A stretch of 64,000 nt of DNA from a bacterium (lineage in GTDB: Bacteria; Patescibacteriota; Patescibacteriia; UBA9934; GWF2-40-263): the NCBI GenBank assembly GCA_021789915.1, contig JAJYIV010000002.1:613-64612 (forward strand), given 5' to 3'. The notes beneath the pieces are model-generated. The model did no database searches. It was given only the letters and a program-made list of their open reading frames with translations, and had not been told where the DNA came from. Positions 19,052 through 26,949 of this stretch are shown piece by piece. Position 1 is the stretch's first letter. Each line of letters begins with the position of its first letter. A program made the position numbers and the translations under genes.

Positions 19052-19477
19052 TTACGACGCCAGCCCGAGCTTTGCCTCGACGACCTGCAAACGCCCCTCG
19101 AAGCGATCCATCCGCAAGGTCGGCGCGACCAGCTCCTGCTCGATCGTCAGCTGCAGCCGCGCCACCTGGTCGCTCACGGCAAGGACTTCCTGACGAACGT
19201 CTTGAAGATCCTCCTTTGTCGCGAAACGGTCGAAATCGTCTTTCGTGGCAAAGTTCTGCAGATCGTCTTTCGTGGCAAAGTTCTGCAGATCGTCTTTCGT
19301 GGCAAAGTTCTGCAGATCGTCTTTCGTGGCAAAACGGTCGAAATCGGCCTTCATTGCCACATTCTCCTTTACGAAACCGATGAATTCGTGCATTTCCGAC
19401 GTTAAACCTTCGACCTTCCGTTCAAGGCCATCGAACTTCTGCGCCAGCTGATTTGTCGTCAGGTGTTCCTCACTCAT
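19052..19477 (-). CDS. Coiled-coil protein with four tandem 9-aa repeats (FATKDDLQN), low-GC gene
   Basis: 141 aa; encoded by 27-nt tandem DNA repeats; GC clearly below flanking sequence. Confidence 0.6.
   Translation of the reverse strand: MSEEHLTTNQLAQKFDGLERKVEGLTSEMHEFIGFVKENVAMKADFDRFATKDDLQNFATKDDLQNFATKDDLQNFATKDDFDRFATKEDLQDVRQEVLAVSDQVARLQLTIEQELVAPTLRMDRFEGRLQVVEAKLGLAS
19215..19345. repeat. 27-nt tandem repeat (GATCGTCTTTCGTGGCAAAGTTCTGCA, about 4.5 copies) inside a CDS
   Basis: Near-perfect direct copies seen directly. Confidence 0.8.
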
Positions 19478-19595
19478 ATATCGCTTCGAAGTATACGTCC
19501 TGAATTAAATCGCTTCAAACGAAAAGATCCCGCGTCTGTTTCAGACAGGGGATCTTTTGTCTCTGTGTGCATTTAAGCGGAAAAAACGGGTTTCG

Positions 19596-20252
19596 TCAAT
19601 CGTCGTGTGTGGATATCTTCCGCTCCTTCAACAAGATAAGCGCCCGTCCAGACAACGGATTCTTAAGAATGCCTTCGATCTTCCACGCCGCCTCCTTGAA
19701 ATGAATGCCTTCCCCTTCCAATTGCTTCTTCCATCGAGTGAGCGGCACCGCATGCAGTCCGCCGTCTAAAGCGGCGGCAGGCGCATCGATTTCTTCCAGG
19801 TCCATCACGTGAATGGCGATGCCGCCTTCCCGTAACGCATTCCATGAATTCATCAGGACGTCCCACTGCTTTTCCGTCTCGATGAACTTCAAGAAGACGT
19901 GCGCGTACGTGATGTCGTACGGCCCGCCGGGGAAAGGTTTTGTCGCGTCATGTCGAATGACGCCAGGCGCCCCAGCAAGATGCTCGATAGCAATGTCCGA
20001 GGTCGTGAGATCGACGTCTCGACCCAACAATGACGAAAAGATGCGACGATGGTGATCGATGAAGCGCCTGTCCCCGCATCCGACGACGAAGATGCGAACG
20101 TGTTCATGCGCAGGATGACAAGGAACAACCGAAAAGATAGTTTTCAATTCCCGTTCCTTGATGTCTGCTCGGCGTTGAATTTCCGCATCGGACAGCGCCG
20201 CATACTTTTTGTGATAGTCGGAGAGGGCCATATGAATTTTTCTATTGCGCAT
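19596..20252 (-). CDS. Class I SAM-dependent methyltransferase-like protein (low-GC)
   Basis: Motif I VVGCGDRRF, acidic end of beta-2 (DLTTSD), motif IV-like DITYAHVFL. Confidence 0.5.
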   Translation of the reverse strand: MRNRKIHMALSDYHKKYAALSDAEIQRRADIKERELKTIFSVVPCHPAHEHVRIFVVGCGDRRFIDHHRRIFSSLLGRDVDLTTSDIAIEHLAGAPGVIRHDATKPFPGGPYDITYAHVFLKFIETEKQWDVLMNSWNALREGGIAIHVMDLEEIDAPAAALDGGLHAVPLTRWKKQLEGEGIHFKEAAWKIEGILKNPLSGRALILLKERKISTHDD

Positions 20253-20253
20253 T

Positions 20254-21864
20254 CTATTTCGCGACCGCCTTCAGGAACGCCCTGAACAGCGGATGCGGCT
20301 TCAGGGGCGAAGACTGGAACTCGGGATGGAATTGCACGCCGACGAAAAACGGATGATCCTTCAGCTCGATGATCTCCACGAGCTGACCGTCCGGAGACGT
20401 GCCGGCGACCACCAGCCCCGCCTTCGTCAGCGTCTCGCGGTACGCGTTGTTGAACTCGTAGCGGTGGCGGTGGCGTTCGCGGATCGCCGCCGTCCCGTAG
20501 GCGTGGCGGCTCACCGTCCCGGGCTTCAGCGCGCAGTCCCAGCTGCCCAGGCGCATCGTCGCGCCGTATTCGCGGTTCAACAGCTTTTTTTCCTGATCAG
20601 GCATGATGTGGACGACGGCGTGCGGCGCCTGCGGATCGATTTCCGTCGTATGCGCGCCCTTCAGTTCGCACGCGTCGCGGGCGAATTCGACGGCGGCCAG
20701 CTGCATGCCGTAGCAGAGGCCGAAGTACGGAACTTTTTTCTCCCGCGCGTAACGGATCGCCGCGATCACGCCTTCGATGCCGCGCGAACCGAAGCCGCCC
20801 GGCACCAGGACGCCGTCATAGCCCGCAAGGATTTTCTCCGCTCCGTGCTTTTCGATGTCCGCCGCGTCGATCCACGTGATCGCCGGCTTGCGGCTGATGG
20901 CCCACGCGGCGTGCTTCACCGCTTCGATGACGGAGATGTACACGTCGGAAAGCATGAAATCGCCGACGGCGAAATACTTGCCGACGATGGCGATCTTCAC
21001 GTCCCTCTTTGCGCGCCGGATCGCGTCGACGACGTCGCGCCACGGCTTCAAATCGGCGCGCTTCGGCTTGAGGCCGAGCCGCGCGAGCAGCCGCTGCGCG
21101 AAGCGCTGGTCTTCCAGGATGAGCGGCACCTCGTAGATCGATCCGCAATCCGGGTTGCTGATGACGTCCTCCTTGGCGACGTTGCAGAACAGCGCGATGC
21201 GCTCCTTGCGGCGGCCGTCCATCGCCTGCGACGAGCGGCCGACGACGAAATCCGGCTCGATGCCCATGCCGTTCAGCATGCGGACGCTCTGCTGCACCGG
21301 CTTCGTCTTCATCTCGCCCAGCGCGCCGGGAATCGGCAGGTACGCGACATGCACGTGCGCGACGTTCTTCGGCTCGCGGCGGCCGAGCAGGCGCGCCGCC
21401 TCGAAGAAGATGCCGTTCTGGTACTCGCCGACGGTGCCGCCCAGCTCGACGACGCAGATGTCGGCGCCCTGCCCGCCCAGCTTGAAGCGGCGGATGATCT
21501 CGTCGGTGACGTGCGGAATCGCCTCGACATCTTCGCCTTCGTAGGCAAACGCGCGCTCGCGGCGCAGCACTTCCGCGTACACCTGGCCCGTCGTCGCGTA
21601 CTGCGCGCGATGCAGCGGCCGGCCGATGAAGCGCTCGTAGTTGCCCAGGTCCTGGTCGGTTTCCAACCCGTCTTCCGTGACGAACACTTCCCCGTGTTCC
21701 GAAGGGCGTATGGTGCCGGCGTCCTGGTTCAGGTACATGTCCACCTTCATCGGCGCGACGCGGTAGCCGCGCGCTTCCAAGAGCGCCGACAACGACGCGG
21801 CGGTGATGCCTTTGCCGAGGCCGGAGATGACGCCGCCGGAGACGAACACGTACTTGGTGGGCAT
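20254..21864 (-). CDS. pyrG: CTP synthase
   Basis: 536 aa; N-terminal synthase domain plus C-terminal glutamine amidotransferase (GLCYGMQ, HPEF). Confidence 0.9.
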   Translation of the reverse strand: MPTKYVFVSGGVISGLGKGITAASLSALLEARGYRVAPMKVDMYLNQDAGTIRPSEHGEVFVTEDGLETDQDLGNYERFIGRPLHRAQYATTGQVYAEVLRRERAFAYEGEDVEAIPHVTDEIIRRFKLGGQGADICVVELGGTVGEYQNGIFFEAARLLGRREPKNVAHVHVAYLPIPGALGEMKTKPVQQSVRMLNGMGIEPDFVVGRSSQAMDGRRKERIALFCNVAKEDVISNPDCGSIYEVPLILEDQRFAQRLLARLGLKPKRADLKPWRDVVDAIRRAKRDVKIAIVGKYFAVGDFMLSDVYISVIEAVKHAAWAISRKPAITWIDAADIEKHGAEKILAGYDGVLVPGGFGSRGIEGVIAAIRYAREKKVPYFGLCYGMQLAAVEFARDACELKGAHTTEIDPQAPHAVVHIMPDQEKKLLNREYGATMRLGSWDCALKPGTVSRHAYGTAAIRERHRHRYEFNNAYRETLTKAGLVVAGTSPDGQLVEIIELKDHPFFVGVQFHPEFQSSPLKPHPLFRAFLKAVAK

Positions 21865-21875
21865 AGGGGGAAGCG

Positions 21876-21912
21876 GTTAGCCATTAGCTGTTAGCCGTTA
21901 GCTTCTAACTGT
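21876..21912. repeat. Heptamer tandem array (TTAGCCA/TTAGCTG/TTAGCCG/TTAGCTT)
   Basis: seen directly between pyrG and rplI. Confidence 0.55.
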
Positions 21913-21950
21913 TGACGAGAAACGGAAACACCTGCGGCGAGCGCAGGTGG

Positions 21951-22397
21951 TCAAGGAGACGGTTCGACAATGAGGGTGAATGAGGCTTCCGCCGTCGGGG
22001 CGAGGCGTGCGACGATCTTCGAGGTACCGGCGTTCTTCACGGGCTTGAACCCGGCGAGCGCGTGCTCGGGAACGGCGAACCCGGCTTTCGCGAGCGCCTC
22101 CGCGACCGTGCGCGGCGTGACGGCAGCGTAGAGATGTCCGGTTTCGGTGGCGGATTCCTTGAGGACGAGGCGGAACCCGTTCAGCCGCCGCGCCGTCTGC
22201 TGCACGGTCCCCGTCGCCTGCTTTGCCCGGCGGGCTTCGGCGTCCTTCTTTTCCTTGAGTCGGCGCCGCGCGTCCGCCGATGCCGGCACGGCCGCGCCCG
22301 AGGGGAGCAGCTGGTTGCGCGCCTGGCCGTCGGAGACCGTCACCATGTCCCCGGCCCGACCCAATCCTTTGACGGCCTTCACGAGAATGACATCCAT
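21951..22397 (-). CDS. rplI: 50S ribosomal protein L9
   Basis: MDVILVKAVKGLGRAGDMVTVSDGQARNQLLP... L9 N-domain. Confidence 0.85.
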   Translation of the reverse strand: MDVILVKAVKGLGRAGDMVTVSDGQARNQLLPSGAAVPASADARRRLKEKKDAEARRAKQATGTVQQTARRLNGFRLVLKESATETGHLYAAVTPRTVAEALAKAGFAVPEHALAGFKPVKNAGTSKIVARLAPTAEASFTLIVEPSP

Positions 22398-22485
22398 AGC
22401 ACGGCGGCAGTATACGCCCGCGCGGCGTCAGCGGGAAATCGCGGGCGGTGGATAACGCGGACGGGGACAGTTCTATTTCCGTTTG

Positions 22486-22652
22486 ACATCTGCGTGTTCG
22501 CCGGTCTTCCCGCCTTCTGTACATCCGAGAAGGACGGCATGGTCGTCACCCTCCCCTACCCGTTAGCGAACGGTCGGGAGAATTCTGTCAGCTTCCGACT
22601 CCGCGGGAAGACAACGGTCCTCGCCGCGCCGCACATCGTCTACGTCCACTGA
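22486..22652 (+). pseudogene. 3' fragment (about 55 codons) of a paralog of the small membrane protein gene at 24740..25207; no plausible start codon
   Basis: ICVFAGLPAFCTSEKDGMVVTL...APHIVYVH aligns with ACVFGGLPAICETSKRGTDVAVFL...APHIIYVP; the downstream 81 bp is nearly identical. Confidence 0.55.
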
Positions 22653-22706
22653 CGCACGCGCGTCCGCGCGGTTCGTGAGCCCGACGCTCACGGCCGCCGC
22701 GGGCGC
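22625..22706. repeat. Left copy of an 81-bp direct repeat (4 mismatches to 25181..25261)
   Basis: GCGCCGCACATCGTCTACGTCCACTGACGCACGCGCGTCCGCGCGGTTCGTGAGCCCGACGCTCACGGCCGCCGCGGGCGC; contains palindromes GTGAGCCCGACGCTCAC and CGCGCGTCCGCGCG. Confidence 0.8.
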
Positions 22707-22749
22707 GATCTTTTTTGTAAACCAAACCCCGCCAGGTTTCTTTTTTGCC

Positions 22750-23205
22750 TCATGTCACTTCGTCGCGAACCGCCGCCAGCAAATCTTCCAACCGCGCGAA
22801 CAGCGGCAACCGGAACCGGTCGCAAACCATCTCGACGTTTCCCTTGCGCCAGAATCCGTCCGGGCAGCACACCAGGACGTGCTTGTCCTTCACCAAGCCG
22901 AGCTCGAGCAGGCTGATCGGACTCTTGGTCGCCGGATCGAAATAAAACGCGACGACGTCCGCCCGGTCGAGTCCGTCCATCTCCCACGTGACCTGCCGGT
23001 TGAACTCGGGGTTCGCCATGGATTGCTTCCAGGAGGCGTCCCATGCGGCACGCCGCGGATTCAGCACGGTCGCGTCGGTGTCCGCGAGCGCGGCGACCGC
23101 TTTCGCCTGCCAGGGTTCGGCGGCCCCCATCTCGATGCTGCCGGCGAGGAAGACGACGGGGGACGCGGCGTCGGCGAAGGAATCGGGCGGCTGGATGTGG
23201 CGCAT
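22750..23205 (-). CDS. Nucleoside 2-deoxyribosyltransferase-like protein
   Basis: 151 aa, PVVFLAGSIE...VCCPDGFW Rossmann-like NDT fold; the rest of the listed 487-aa ORF is GC-driven read-through. Confidence 0.55.
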   Translation of the reverse strand: MRHIQPPDSFADAASPVVFLAGSIEMGAAEPWQAKAVAALADTDATVLNPRRAAWDASWKQSMANPEFNRQVTWEMDGLDRADVVAFYFDPATKSPISLLELGLVKDKHVLVCCPDGFWRKGNVEMVCDRFRLPLFARLEDLLAAVRDEVT

Positions 23206-23343
23206 AGGAAGGAGACGGCCGTCTTTGTACCACGGCGCCCCGATCGGCGCGAGCCGCGGATGGCAGGCGGCGATTGACAAGGTGCGAAAAAAGACCGAAG
23301 GTACCCGCGGTTCATCGCGGCCGCAAGCCGCACGGAGGGAACC

Positions 23344-24144
23344 ATGATTTCCGAGACGAAGATCGAGATCGTCACGCACGTAACGATAGAGGAACAGCCC
23401 GGCCGGAACGTCTGCGCGAACGACTATCGCAGCATTCTGCCACGACCCAACGACGACGGCATCCTGCTCGACCGGGAGACGGTCGAGCGCTTGTTCGCCG
23501 CGACGGATCTCGATGCGTTCCTCTCGTCCCTGCCGGGAATCTCGACGGATACGTGGCACCGTCACGCCGTCCTCGCGAACGTCATCAAGTTCTCGGAACC
23601 GACGGACGGAAACGCGTTCGGCATCGTCCTCGCCTGGACGACGAAGCGCCACCCCGCCTTCGGCGGCGATCCGACGAGCATGATGGATTACGCCATCGGC
23701 GTGCTCCCCGTGCCGACCGAAACGGCGGCGGTGGCCGCGAAGCTCTTCGCGCGCCGCTCGCTCCTGGCGGACTTGAAACTCGACGACCGCGGCCAGCGCG
23801 AACGGCAGGAGGAAATCCTGAAGGCCATCGGATGGGACGACGGAGCCGAGACCGCGCAGGCGCTGCGCGCGCTGCGCGAGGAGATGATGAGACGCTTGGA
23901 CGAGCTCACAAAAGCGCTCGAGGCGCGCGAGCGGGCGCGGGTGCAGGCCGTCCTCGGCTTGGCCGGCGTGTCGAGCGCTCAGCTCGACGCGCGCGTCGCG
24001 GACGTCGATGGTCAGCTCGACGCGGCGTTCAATGCGATGGCGACGGATCCGAAGCGGCTCGAACCTACGGCGCTCGCGAAGTGCGAGCTCGACATCTACG
24101 GCGCCGTTCCGCCCATCCTGCACGCAAGACTCACGGCCCAATAG
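23344..24144 (+). CDS. Hypothetical protein (266 aa)
   Basis: SD GGAGGG 6 nt upstream of ATG; GC3-rich; no family recognised. Confidence 0.5.
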   Translation: MISETKIEIVTHVTIEEQPGRNVCANDYRSILPRPNDDGILLDRETVERLFAATDLDAFLSSLPGISTDTWHRHAVLANVIKFSEPTDGNAFGIVLAWTTKRHPAFGGDPTSMMDYAIGVLPVPTETAAVAAKLFARRSLLADLKLDDRGQRERQEEILKAIGWDDGAETAQALRALREEMMRRLDELTKALEARERARVQAVLGLAGVSSAQLDARVADVDGQLDAAFNAMATDPKRLEPTALAKCELDIYGAVPPILHARLTAQ

Positions 24145-24241
24145 CCGTTCTCGACGCCTCTCCGCGAGGCGTTTTTCTTTTCGGGTTCGAAAAAGCTCCA
24201 ACGGGATCGCCACCGCGGCGGGTATCGCTTTCTTTGGAGCT

Positions 24242-24411
24242 AAAGAAAGATTGAGACCTCTGAAAAACTGATGGATTTTCGTTGTCAGCCAAAGGCTGAT
24301 CAGCCTCTGGCTGAAATGGGCTGCCGAGCCCCGCGAACCCTACTGAAACGTAGGGAGAGCGGGGTCGGCGGGCGCCCATGAAACGAAAAGACGCCGTTTT
24401 GCAGAGGTCTC
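24242..24411. ncRNA. Structured element B with 10-bp terminal inverted repeats GAGACCTCTG...CAGAGGTCTC (homologous to element A)
   Basis: Compensatory changes relative to A: CAGCC-UCU-GGCUG versus CCGGC-UCU-GCCGG, and UUUUCGUU/AACGAAAA versus UGUUCGU/ACGAACA; conserved CUGAAAAAC-YGAUGG, AAUGG and UUUUGCAGAGGUCUC segments. Confidence 0.55.
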
Positions 24412-24420
24412 GATTCTTTG

Positions 24421-24456
24421 CAAACCAAACCCCGCCTGGCCTGCAGGCGGGGCGGT
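24421..24456 (-). terminator. Rho-independent terminator on the minus strand (CCCCGCCTGCAGGCCAGGCGGGG + UUUGGUUUG)
   Basis: Perfect GC stem followed by a U-rich tract on the minus strand. Confidence 0.6.
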
Positions 24457-24467
24457 TGGTCCCGGGT

Positions 24468-24543
24468 CGTGGTGGACCTGATGGGAGTCGAACCCACATC
24501 TTATGGTGCTAACTCAGGCGAGGTTACCGTTTCCTCCACAGGC
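24468..24543 (-). ncRNA. tRNA-like element with encoded CCA and a non-canonical anticodon arm (tRNA pseudogene or tRNA-like small RNA)
   Basis: Acceptor GGGCCUG/CAGGUCC (one GU pair), D-arm GAGG-AAACGGUAA-CCUC, T-arm GUGGG-UUCGACU-CCCAU, discriminator A plus CCA; the 21-nt anticodon region cannot form a 5-bp stem. Confidence 0.45.
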
Positions 24544-24654
24544 CCCTATCCCTTCCCCGGGTCATTGGATAACGAAAAATCCCTCAGGCCCTTTCGGACC
24601 ATGGGGGATTCTTCTAGCACCAGGAGCAAGCCGTATGCTCACCTGAGTGACTCA

Positions 24655-24683
24655 AGTAAAACAGATATTTCCGTATTTGTCAA
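24655..24683 (-). promoter_or_regulatory. Sigma-70-like promoter on the minus strand (-35 TTGACA, 17-nt spacer, -10 TTTACT) driving the tRNA-like transcript
   Basis: seen directly; predicted transcript about 220 nt, from about 24648 down to the terminator at 24421. Confidence 0.45.
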
Positions 24684-24739
24684 TCGTCGCGTGTGGACAA
24701 AATGGCGGGCGGAGGTTGACAAATGACTGGGAAGGGGCC

Positions 24740-25207
24740 ATGTTTATGCGTCCCACGCTCGGCGTTCGGGACGAACAAGCCACCTTCCGGCCCTGCGGGG
24801 GCCTCACACAGAAGGAGAAAGCCGTGATCCACAGAATCGTGATTGGAACAGTCGTCGCCGTCGGTGTTCTCTACCTCGCAAAGCCCATCGTCGGGTACTT
24901 CCACGAACAGGACGTGAAGGTACGCGCCGAGACCGACGTCGTGTGCGCGCACGTGACCCCGGCCAACTGGGGCGGCGAGGACAGCGCAACCTGCCGTAAG
25001 CTCGTGGCCAAGTTCATCAACATCGACCTCAAGCCGAAGGCCTGCGTCTTCGGCGGACTCCCGGCCATTTGCGAGACGTCGAAGAGGGGCACCGATGTCG
25101 CCGTGTTCCTCAAACGAAAAGACGGGCCGCTCCAGTACAGCCTGCTGCCCATCATGACCAAGGAACAGCTGGCGAACTCGGCGCCGCACATCATCTACGT
25201 CCCCTGA
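24740..25207 (+). CDS. Small membrane-anchored protein (155 aa)
   Basis: SD GGGAAGGGG upstream of ATG; single TM segment IVIGTVVAVGVLYLA; its 3' end and downstream 81 bp are duplicated at 22486..22706. Confidence 0.55.
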   Translation: MFMRPTLGVRDEQATFRPCGGLTQKEKAVIHRIVIGTVVAVGVLYLAKPIVGYFHEQDVKVRAETDVVCAHVTPANWGGEDSATCRKLVAKFINIDLKPKACVFGGLPAICETSKRGTDVAVFLKRKDGPLQYSLLPIMTKEQLANSAPHIIYVP

Positions 25208-25261
25208 CGCACGCGCGTCCGCGCGGTTCGTGAGCCCAACGCTCACGGCCGCCGCGGGCGC
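25181..25261. repeat. Right copy of the 81-bp direct repeat
   Basis: see 22625..22706. Confidence 0.8.
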
Positions 25262-25604
25262 TTCTTTATTTTGAATCGAGAGATCCCTTCGGCGCCATGC
25301 TCCGTCCGCCGTATCATTCAGTCCCGCGGCACCATTGCCCCGCGGACGGAACGGGCCCGGCACAAGCGAGCCGTTCAGAGCCGCATCGGCCCGGCTCGCG
25401 ATGACGGAGACCGTCCGGCCAAGCGGGGCCTGGTGCCAAGATCTTTCTTTCTCCGGTTTCTTGGGATCGGCCAAGAAACCGGACCGCCGGAGGCTTCCGG
25501 CTTAAGAGGGTCTCGTGATCCCTCGCCCCGCCTGCATGCAGGCGGGGTCGGGACGACACAAGAAGGATGGCGCGCGTCGCCGGAGGCCTCCGGCGAAAAA
25601 AGAT

Positions 25605-26861
25605 TTATTCATACCGCAGCGCCTCGACGGGATCCAGGCGCGCGGCGTTGCGCGCGGGCAGGACGCCGAACACGATGCCGATGGCGGCGGAGACGCCGAC
25701 GCCGAGCAGGATGGCGGAAGGCGGGACGGCGAAGGTCCATGCCAACTGGTTGGCGCGCGCCACGGCGGCCACGATCCACCCGAGCAGGGCGCCCCAGGCG
25801 ATGCCCAAAGAGCCGCCGAGCACGGTCAGCAGCACGGCTTCCAGCAGGAACTCGCGCAGGATGGCGCCGCGCGTGGCACCGACGGCCTTCTTGAGGCCGA
25901 TCTCCGCCGTCCGTTCCGTCACGACGACGTACATGATGTTCATGATGCCCACCCCGCCCACCAGCAGCGAGATGGCGGCGATCGCGATCAGCAGGGCCGT
26001 GATGCCACTGAAGATCACGTTGAACGTATCAAGCGCCTGCGTCTGCGTCTGCACCTCGAAATCGTCCTTCGCCGGATCCGTGATCCGGTGATTGCGCTCC
26101 AGCGTGCTCCGGATTTCCGCCGCCGTCGCGTCGCCGAGCGACGTGTCGCGCATCTGCACGATGCCGACCGAGAGATAGTCGATGCCGAGCATCTTCTTCT
26201 GCGCCGTGGCGAGCGGGATGTAGGCGGAGCTGTCCGCCGTTCCGCCGAACGCCAGCCCGCCCTGCGGGGCGTACACGCCGATCACCTGGAAATTCAGCGT
26301 GCCCAGACGCACCAGCCGGCCGACCGGCTCGTTCTGGCCGAAGAGATCCTTGGCCAGGTCGCTGCCGAGGATGATGACCTGCGCCGCGCCCGCATCCTCC
26401 GCGGGCGTGTAGAAACGCCCTTCCTGCAGCGTGTGCTGGTCGATGCGGAAGCGCTCGGCCCCGGCGCCGTAGTAGATGACGCTTTTCTGATGGTTGCCCT
26501 CGCTGGCCTCCGCCTGGCCCGTCACCATGCCGTAGGCGTCCACGACATTCGGCAAACGGCGGATATCGTCCAAATCGCGCGTCTTGAACGTGTTGATGAC
26601 GATGCCCGTCACGCCGCCGCCCACGCCGGCCGAGAACTTCTGCGCGCGGCTCTTCGTCGTCGGCGGCACGCGCGTGCTGACGAACAGCGTGTTGCTGCCC
26701 AGGGCGTTCACCTGCGACGTGACGAGGCTGCGGAAGCCCGCGCCCGCGGACAGCACCAAGATCACCGTCGAAATGCCGATGACGATGCCGAGGGTCGTCA
26801 AGACCGTCCGGACGGGATTGGACGCGAGGCCGCGGAGGGATTGGCGAAAGGCGGGGAACAT
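25605..26861 (-). CDS. ABC transporter permease, MacB/FtsX-like (YknZ-like)
   Basis: 418 aa; N-terminal TM segment, large extracytoplasmic domain, C-terminal FtsX 3-TM bundle. Confidence 0.75.
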   Translation of the reverse strand: MFPAFRQSLRGLASNPVRTVLTTLGIVIGISTVILVLSAGAGFRSLVTSQVNALGSNTLFVSTRVPPTTKSRAQKFSAGVGGGVTGIVINTFKTRDLDDIRRLPNVVDAYGMVTGQAEASEGNHQKSVIYYGAGAERFRIDQHTLQEGRFYTPAEDAGAAQVIILGSDLAKDLFGQNEPVGRLVRLGTLNFQVIGVYAPQGGLAFGGTADSSAYIPLATAQKKMLGIDYLSVGIVQMRDTSLGDATAAEIRSTLERNHRITDPAKDDFEVQTQTQALDTFNVIFSGITALLIAIAAISLLVGGVGIMNIMYVVVTERTAEIGLKKAVGATRGAILREFLLEAVLLTVLGGSLGIAWGALLGWIVAAVARANQLAWTFAVPPSAILLGVGVSAAIGIVFGVLPARNAARLDPVEALRYE

Positions 26862-26862
26862 A

Positions 26863-26943
26863 GATGGCTGTAGGCTTTTAGCTTTTAGCTGTTAGCCGAA
26901 ATAGTTCCCATCCGGCCAGTAGCCAATGGCTAATGGCCAAAAG
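26863..26943. repeat. Inverted heptamer arrays (GCTTTTAGCTTTTAGCTGTTAGCC ... GCCAATGGCTAATGGCC) forming an intercistronic hairpin between the two permease genes
   Basis: seen directly; arms are reverse-complementary heptamer runs with a 23-nt spacer. Confidence 0.6.
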
Positions 26944-26949
26944 CCTCGA

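Noticed and set aside
24412-24733. tmRNA (ssrA) containing the tRNA-like 3' end
   Set aside because: No complementary 5' acceptor strand (GGACCTG-type) within 400 nt upstream on the same strand. The promoter lies only about 105 nt upstream, so the transcript is too short, and no tag-peptide reading frame ending in a stop was found.
22625-25261. 81-bp direct repeats as a DGR template/variable repeat pair
   Set aside because: The four mismatches are not adenine-specific in one copy and there is no RT nearby. Better explained as insertion-site duplication.
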